From: an uncultured Endomicrobiia bacterium
Lineage (GTDB): Bacteria > Elusimicrobiota > Endomicrobiia > DTEH01
Length of the DNA: 64,000 nt
Reading direction: 5' to 3'
NCBI GenBank assembly: GCA_938074745.1
Contig: CALJEJ010000004.1
Location: 1,597-65,596 of the forward strand
Positions 58,018 to 64,000 of the stretch are shown piece after piece. How positions within the stretch are numbered: position 1 is the first letter of the stretch; the number at the start of each line of letters is the position of its first letter. The notes below the pieces were generated by a model, which saw nothing but the letters and a program-made list of their open reading frames with translations, was not told where the DNA came from and did not search any database. The translations under genes were made by a program, and so were the position numbers.

Positions 58018-59307
58018 TTATTTCCAGATAAACCAAACAAACAAAAATGCAGGTAAAACTGCTGCTATTGTGAAAGGTAACCCAAGTTTTACAAAGTCAA
58101 TAAATGTAGATTTATAGCCAAGTTTCTTCAACATTCCCCAACTGACAATATTTGCCTGAGCACCTGTAGGAGTAATATTACCACCTAAAGTAGTTCCTAC
58201 CAAAAGACCAAATAAAAGAAGTTCTAACGGAACACCTATATTCGCAGAAATAACTCTTGCTACAGGTATCATCGTTAAAAAAAATGGTACATTGTCAACA
58301 AAACCTGAAATCAATATAGCAAAAATGGTAAACAAAGTATAAACTACAAACTTGTCCGAACCTACAATTTTTATCAACCCTGTGCCCAACTTTTCCACTA
58401 AACCAGAAATTTCTATACTTTTTACTAATACAAATACACCAGATAAAAAAAATACTGTTTCCCAGTCAAGTTCTTTAATCCCTTCAAGAAAACTTGTTTT
58501 TAACACAAATTTTTTTACTACTAAAGACACTAACCCATAAAATAAACATATCATACCAGCTATGGTTAAAAAATTTAATTTTTTATAATGTGAAATAATA
58601 ATTGATACAAATATCAATGTTAAAATTTTTAAACATAGGATATAAAATGGTATCCACGATTTTATTTTTGCTACAAGTTGAATTTTTAAATCTTCATATT
58701 TTTCTTTTGAAAATATATAATATAAAACAAAAAACGAACTTACTGCACCAAGTTCTACTGCAAAAAATATTGATGGCTTGTTTTTATAAAAAAAGAAATC
58801 AATAAAATTCATCCCTGTTGCGCCAGCAAGAAGCATACTTGGCGGGTCGCCAACCAATGTTGCAGTTCCTTGAATATTGCTTGAAATCGCTAAAGCAAAA
58901 AGTATTTTTGCAGGGTTAAGATTTAACTTTTTTGTAATCTGTATCGCTATCGGAGAGACAATAACCAACGTTGCAACGTTTTCTAAAAACATTGATAAAA
59001 AACCTGTAACAATACAAAGTAACAATATTGTCCATTTAACATTTTTTGTTTTTAATACGATTTTTTCAGCAATATATTCTGCAATACCACTTTCTACAAT
59101 TAAGTTTGATACTAAAAGTGTTCCAATAAAAATGTTTATTACATTAAAATCAATTCCATAAAGTGGTGAAGTTTGAAATTTGTTTATACATATAAATGTA
59201 AGGATAACAGATGAACCTACCGCTACAAATGTCCTTTTAGAAGGTATCAATACAAAAAGTATGTAGGTAGATAAAAAAATTAAAATTACCAAATTTTCAG
59301 GTTGCAT
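58018..59307 (-). CDS. ArsB/NhaD-superfamily anion/ion permease
   Basis: 429 aa, ~12 TM, internal repeat with GNITPTGAQANIV-type hairpin motif characteristic of ArsB/NhaD/CitMHS permeases. Confidence 0.55.
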   Translation of the reverse strand: MQPENLVILIFLSTYILFVLIPSKRTFVAVGSSVILTFICINKFQTSPLYGIDFNVINIFIGTLLVSNLIVESGIAEYIAEKIVLKTKNVKWTILLLCIVTGFLSMFLENVATLVIVSPIAIQITKKLNLNPAKILFALAISSNIQGTATLVGDPPSMLLAGATGMNFIDFFFYKNKPSIFFAVELGAVSSFFVLYYIFSKEKYEDLKIQLVAKIKSWIPFYILCLKILTLIFVSIIISHYKKLNFLTIAGMICLFYGLVSLVVKKFVLKTSFLEGIKELDWETVFFLSGVFVLVKSIEISGLVEKLGTGLIKIVGSDKFVVYTLFTIFAILISGFVDNVPFFLTMIPVARVISANIGVPLELLLFGLLVGTTLGGNITPTGAQANIVSWGMLKKLGYKSTFIDFVKLGLPFTIAAVLPAFLFVWFIWK

Positions 59308-59847
59308 TTTCTTTAATTACAACTTTCGGTATTTTTTGTGATAATTGCTAATAGTATTGATATTTTAAAAAAAACAAAATTTTGTGGAGAACAAACTATG
59401 TTATTATATTCTCTATCTCTTAATCTTTACTAATTTCTTTTACTTTAAACATAGAAGAAAAAAATTTATAATTTTGAACCCAACACTTTTTGTCTGTTTT
59501 TCAATATATTCAACACAATTTTTAGAACACACTGATATGAAAAAAATATACAACATCATGAATAATAACAGATTTTATTATTTTTGATTCAACCAAATCC
59601 AAGTATAATTCAACTAATGTAGTTTTAATATAAAATTTATTTTTCAAATATTTTATATTTACAAACAAAATTAATTTCGTCAAAAATAATTTTGAACTTA
59701 ACCGCTATTATTTCAATAATTTTCATCTTCCCTATTTTTAAACACGCTTTGTTAGTCCATATTCTTTTACTTTTCTTACTGGCTAATACTATTTTTGTTA
59801 CCATTTTTGTTTTAAACACAATATTAAAATAAATGTTAACTTTAATT

Positions 59848-60954
59848 TCAATATCTCATGTTTATATCAACTAAACAACATATTGCATCAAAGTTTAACA
59901 AAGTAGGAATAGAAGAAAAATTTTTGTTTGTATATCTTAAAGTTGTAGATAAGTTAACACTATGCAACAAGTTTCTTTGATATGAAAGAACTAAAAAGTT
60001 TGCATTGGTCTGTAGGTTCGTTACATATGATAAATTTATGTTATCTATTAAACTGTATAGAAAATTAAACTGTATTACAACATACTGTTGTGAAATAAAT
60101 GGATAATTTGGCAAAAACAAAATTTCTTCTTGAGCAAAGTTGTTGATATTAAAAGAGTTGTGAGTATATTCTACACGAAACACAAATTTTTCTTTCAACG
60201 AATAATCTGTTCCAAACATATAACTGTAACACCTTTTATTCTCATTTTTTGTATAGTTGTACAAAAACTCACCATATAAACCTAAAACAATATCCCCTTT
60301 AAACGAAAAACCTAAAGATAACCAGTCAAATTTCTTACGATAATAACCTACAGTAGACACATCCCAGCCAACTAATGTAAATCCTAACCTTGTAGCAAAC
60401 TCGTTCTCTTGAAGATTTGTTTTAGGTATAAAAACATTTTCAAAATATCCTGTATCTGAAACCTGTATTTTTGCTCGGAGAGCATCAATTCCTATCCTTG
60501 TAAAATTTATATCTGCAAAATCAATTTTTGAAAACATATTTAATGGGTTAAATATATATCCTTCGCCAAATTTTACCAACTGTCTTCCAGAATAAAAATC
60601 TAAAATACCATATTTAACCATAAGATACAATTTACGAATATCTATAGTGAACACAGTTTCATCATTAAGTTTTATTACATTTGTCCATAACGGAAAAAAA
60701 TTGTTATAGACACCATAAAAAATGTTAAAATCAACACTGAGGTCAAGTTTTGCAAACTCAGTATTTTTGGTGACAAAATTTAACCTTAATGTAGACCTAC
60801 CTAAATAAAAAGTGTCAGTTGAAACATCAGTTTCAGTAAGATATAACACTCCTGATGAAGTAAAAAAATATCCTGAAATATCTACAACTTCATTTTGTGA
60901 TACCAGTATTGATGGCAAAAAAAGTGTCATTAAAAAATATAAGAACCGTTTCAC
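59848..60954 (-). CDS. Putative outer-membrane protein (signal peptide, beta-strand-rich)
   Basis: MKRFLYFLMTLFLPSILVSQ signal peptide; alternating hydrophobic pattern; aromatic C-terminus. Confidence 0.4.
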   Translation of the reverse strand: MKRFLYFLMTLFLPSILVSQNEVVDISGYFFTSSGVLYLTETDVSTDTFYLGRSTLRLNFVTKNTEFAKLDLSVDFNIFYGVYNNFFPLWTNVIKLNDETVFTIDIRKLYLMVKYGILDFYSGRQLVKFGEGYIFNPLNMFSKIDFADINFTRIGIDALRAKIQVSDTGYFENVFIPKTNLQENEFATRLGFTLVGWDVSTVGYYRKKFDWLSLGFSFKGDIVLGLYGEFLYNYTKNENKRCYSYMFGTDYSLKEKFVFRVEYTHNSFNINNFAQEEILFLPNYPFISQQYVVIQFNFLYSLIDNINLSYVTNLQTNANFLVLSYQRNLLHSVNLSTTLRYTNKNFSSIPTLLNFDAICCLVDINMRY

Positions 60955-61685
60955 CGTTCTAAATACCGTCGGGAAAAATAATCTTCAGGGATGGATATAT
61001 CAAAACTTGCTTGTTCAATAATTACAACTGTTTTTGTATCTGTTTTAAGTTTATCAGAAACTACACTTTTTGCAGGATACACTCTGTGTTCGTAAAATTT
61101 TAACTCAGATGTTTCATAAACTTTTAACAATTTACCATTCTTTGCATACCTTTCTTCCTTTAACGGGACAAAATGTTTTTTACTAACCCACATCTTGCGT
61201 CTAAAATAACTTACATCTTTTACTTTTGATGTTAACAAAATTAAATAACAATCATAACTGTTATATTGTTCTTCACCCAAGAGTTCAATCTCGTATTTCT
61301 TATAAACTTCGTCTGATTCCATAATATCTTCGTAAGAAATATCGCTACCCATCATACCTTGTTTTAACAAATGTCCAGAAATTAAAAATGTATTTTCTTC
61401 TTCTTTATCATAAACCCACATTTTTTTGCCAAGTTTTAAATATCTTATATGTTTATCTTCTTTGTTCAGAAATTCAACATAAGAATTAATACCTTTAATC
61501 CATACATTAAACTTTTTTACTCTTACAGGTTGGTTCGGCAAATAAATCTCTATACGGACACTCATTGTTGCAGAATTAAAATTTAAGTTTTTATCAACTT
61601 TTTTTAAAATTTCTTCTCCAGTTATTGAAAAAAGTTGTGTTGTAAAAAATATGTTAAAAAACAAAAATAAAAAATTTTTTATCAT
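60951..61685 (-). CDS. LolA-like outer-membrane lipoprotein-sorting / DUF4367-like periplasmic protein
   Basis: Signal peptide, ~240 aa, positioned immediately after two FtsX/LolCE-type permease genes (4-nt overlap); family assignment by size, context and beta-rich composition only. Confidence 0.45.
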   Translation of the reverse strand: MIKNFLFLFFNIFFTTQLFSITGEEILKKVDKNLNFNSATMSVRIEIYLPNQPVRVKKFNVWIKGINSYVEFLNKEDKHIRYLKLGKKMWVYDKEEENTFLISGHLLKQGMMGSDISYEDIMESDEVYKKYEIELLGEEQYNSYDCYLILLTSKVKDVSYFRRKMWVSKKHFVPLKEERYAKNGKLLKVYETSELKFYEHRVYPAKSVVSDKLKTDTKTVVIIEQASFDISIPEDYFSRRYLER

Positions 61686-61777
61686 ACCTCTAATCCTACC
61701 CGTCCAATGATAATATTTATAATTTATAGAAGTTATACCTAACAGATACAACTTTGGGACCAATTCATTATTTTTAT

Positions 61778-63064
61778 CTACACACTCTTCAACGCGTCAA
61801 CAGTTTTCATTTTAGATGCATATCGTGAAGGTAAAACTGAAACTATTGACGAAACTAAAATTCCTAACAACACTGACGATAAAATACTTGCTAAATTTAT
61901 ACTCCATCTAACTATGTTATCCATAGGGAAGTTCATATTACTCATTGAACTAGAAAAATCTATTCCATAAATAGACAATGGTATACTTATTAAAATTCCT
62001 AACAAAGCACCACATATGCTACCAACAGTACCTAACACCATACCTTCAAATGTAAATAGCATAAGTATTTGCACTTTTTTGAACCCCATAGATTTAAGTA
62101 TTCCTATCTCCCGTTTTCTCTCAAGTATAGTCATCAATATAATGTTTGTAATAATAAATGAACCAAGAAAAGTTATTGCTATGTATAAAAAATTGTATAT
62201 TTTCAACGCTTGGTACATCATTTTTACAAACCCGCCAGTTGTTTTCCAATCCGATGCAACAAGGTTTTTATATTCATCTTTTTTTAACAGTAACGAGTTT
62301 ATATATTTTGCAACTTTTTCTGCTTCTTTATACTTTTTAATCATAATAAGAATTTCGTGAACACCACCGTTTGTCCTTAAAACATATTTTGCATCTTCAA
62401 TATTCATCATAAAAACATTTTCATCAAACATATTAAGTCCTGTCTCAAAAATTCCTCTTACATAAAAACTTGGTATTCTAACACCAAAATCTATTCCTGA
62501 TAACATTAATGGAAAAGTATCACCTACTTTTAAATTTAGCATTTTGGCTAATTTTTTCCCTATAATTATTTCTCTATATTTTTTATTTCCTTTTACTACA
62601 AGTTTGTTTCTTAAATATTCTCCTTCTATTATAGATTTATCAAGCATCAACAACTTTTTTTCTTTTTCACTATCTCCTGCAATACAAACTGCAGTTTTGT
62701 TATTACCACTATATTGTAAAAGCACAGGAAATTTGATTCTTTCAGTAACAAATTCTATTTTCATTGAAACATTGACATCTGAAAGAATATATCCCAATAC
62801 ACTTTCTGGATTATAGACAATTTGTTGACTTGACGGAGAATTAATCTCTTCAAAATATTTTTTTGTAGTTATTCTTATATGTCCTGTTTCGTTCTTTATA
62901 GAATTTTTTATAATATTTTCTACAAGCCCATCTACAAGTCCTTGTAAAACAACTACAAGCATTATAGACAAACCAACTGATATAATAGACAAAACAGTTC
63001 TTCTTTTATTTCGTTTAATATTCCTTACTGCCATTTGTATTATTTTTTCCCATTCTTTATACAT
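61778..63064 (-). CDS. ABC transporter permease, FtsX/MacB/LolC-E family
   Basis: N-terminal TM (RRTVLSIISVGLSIMLVVVL), large periplasmic domain, C-terminal 3 TM FtsX-like bundle. Confidence 0.7.
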   Translation of the reverse strand: MYKEWEKIIQMAVRNIKRNKRRTVLSIISVGLSIMLVVVLQGLVDGLVENIIKNSIKNETGHIRITTKKYFEEINSPSSQQIVYNPESVLGYILSDVNVSMKIEFVTERIKFPVLLQYSGNNKTAVCIAGDSEKEKKLLMLDKSIIEGEYLRNKLVVKGNKKYREIIIGKKLAKMLNLKVGDTFPLMLSGIDFGVRIPSFYVRGIFETGLNMFDENVFMMNIEDAKYVLRTNGGVHEILIMIKKYKEAEKVAKYINSLLLKKDEYKNLVASDWKTTGGFVKMMYQALKIYNFLYIAITFLGSFIITNIILMTILERKREIGILKSMGFKKVQILMLFTFEGMVLGTVGSICGALLGILISIPLSIYGIDFSSSMSNMNFPMDNIVRWSINLASILSSVLLGILVSSIVSVLPSRYASKMKTVDALKSV

Positions 63065-64000
63065 GTCTTAAACAATTTGTTATCTGAAGTTTAGAAGCGT
63101 ATCTTGCAGGAAAATATGATGAGAAAATTGCTATCAATATACCAAAACAAAAACAAAATATAAAAGCGTAAATGTTCCACTCACCGTATATTGTTCCCCA
63201 TACAGGCATACCAAGTTGTGACGGTTTAAGTCCTGTTGCTGTTTCACCATACATTTTTTCTAAATTCCATCCTAAATATACCAACCATAAGTTCACAAGA
63301 AAACCTAATAATATACCGAACAGGCCACCTATTACACCAATAAATCCGCCTTCAAACAAAAATAATCTTCTTATTTCTTTAGGTTTCAGTCCCATAGCCA
63401 TCAACACACCTATTTCTTTGATTCTTTCATACACAGCCATAAGTATTGTATTAACAATACCTACAGCTGAAATTAGCAAAATAAAAAATATTATAATTGA
63501 AGAAGAAATTCTTTTTTGTTTCATTAAAATTATAAACTCGTTATATAATTCTTTGAAAGAATATATTTTATATTCTTCTCCAAGTTTTTTTTGTAGTTCT
63601 TTAACAACTTCTGTTACTTTTCTTGTATAAGAAGGTATACTTTCACCTTTAGGCCAGGAAATTTTTATATGTAACGAAGTAACTGTACATTCAAGATCAA
63701 GCAATTCTTCTGCCGAGTTAAAAGTTAGCACTACAGTAGATTCGTTTATAGTAGGAACCACTGTTTCTAAAATGCCACAAACAACAAAATCTACTGCATT
63801 GTACGTCTCATATTTTGTTTGTGCTGATAACGTTATCGTATCACCCACTGTGACACCTAACTTTTTTGCAAGAACACTGCCAATTAGAATTTCGTTTTCT
63901 TTGTTGTTGTCAAAAAACCTCCCTTCTTTTACACTGTTGTGGAAGTCAAAAACTTTAGTATCTGTTTGTGGATTGACTATGGTTCCAATGATATATTGTG
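63057..64000 (-). CDS. Second FtsX/MacB/LolC-E family ABC permease, 5'-partial (N-terminus beyond window end)
   Basis: Frame stays open from 63848 to 64000 upstream of the track's GTG-initiated ORF (...ILIGSVLAKKLGVTVGDTITL... periplasmic-domain motif); C-terminal FtsX TM bundle; 8-nt overlap with next permease. Confidence 0.6.
   Translation of the reverse strand, partial: QYIIGTIVNPQTDTKVFDFHNSVKEGRFFDNNKENEILIGSVLAKKLGVTVGDTITLSAQTKYETYNAVDFVVCGILETVVPTINESTVVLTFNSAEELLDLECTVTSLHIKISWPKGESIPSYTRKVTEVVKELQKKLGEEYKIYSFKELYNEFIILMKQKRISSSIIIFFILLISAVGIVNTILMAVYERIKEIGVLMAMGLKPKEIRRLFLFEGGFIGVIGGLFGILLGFLVNLWLVYLGWNLEKMYGETATGLKPSQLGMPVWGTIYGEWNIYAFIFCFCFGILIAIFSSYFPARYASKLQITNCLRHV

Noticed and set aside
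59637-59819. 60-aa lysine-rich minus-strand ORF in the long intergenic gap
   Set aside because: No RBS, low-complexity K/I composition expected from AT-rich DNA; insufficient evidence for a gene.
1-64000. Possible alternative genetic code (UGA recoding) suggested by the in-frame TGA in the pilin gene
   Set aside because: Dozens of long, conserved ORFs (polA 949 aa, TPR 937 aa, three AORs) are intact under the standard code. The single TGA is a local event, not code reassignment.
1-64000. CRISPR arrays, IS elements/transposases, integrases marking a mobile island
   Set aside because: No regularly spaced direct repeats or transposase/integrase ORFs seen. The only recombinase is a chromosomal XerC/D-type tyrosine recombinase with canonical catalytic motifs, and the tRNAs are not flanked by integrase genes or obvious att-like repeats.

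Overview
This is an AT-rich (~30% GC by eye) bacterial chromosomal segment. Almost every gene is on the minus strand; the only exceptions are one ABC-transporter pair and a tRNA-Ser. The content points to a Gram-negative-type anaerobe (lpxD, LolA-like/FtsX permeases, OMPs, ExbB/TolQ; many Fe-S, tungsten/molybdopterin and radical-SAM genes). The phylum cannot be called from sequence alone; an uncultivated amino-acid-fermenting lineage such as Cloacimonadota is only a guess.

Housekeeping genes recognised:
- trxB (3' partial), folC, trpB, lpxD, rpsI, rplM, coaE, polA, xerC/D-type recombinase, topA, dprA, gdhA, hisS, transaldolase, rho, moeA, priA.
- Three tRNAs: Val-CAC, Ser-TGA, Pro-GGG.

The accessory-looking core is roughly 22.1-36.6 kb, all minus strand. 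It holds:
- three paralogous tungsten-type aldehyde:ferredoxin oxidoreductases (AOR);
- three small poly-[4Fe-4S] ferredoxins;
- a MoaD-like GG-terminal carrier;
- a radical SAM/SPASM enzyme;
- a PreA-like flavo-FeS protein and an SsnA-like amidohydrolase;
- a DUF151 nuclease, an Endonuclease Q (EndoQ, PHP-domain DNA-repair endonuclease)-like protein, a type IV pilin gene interrupted by one in-frame TGA, two small hydrophobic peptides, and a half-size TauE/SafE membrane protein.

A second notable locus at about 50.0-58.0 kb is a single tightly overlapping minus-strand operon: priA (with degenerate Walker A/B motifs), a DUF2723-like membrane-TPR protein, the AmmeMemoRadiSam (AMMECR1 / Memo / radical-SAM) radical SAM, moeA, tRNA-Pro, and a fused Memo-AMMECR1.

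An 826-aa pure coiled-coil protein lies in a DNA-metabolism neighbourhood (polA, xerC, topA, dprA). No CRISPR array, IS element, rRNA or integrated prophage was seen.
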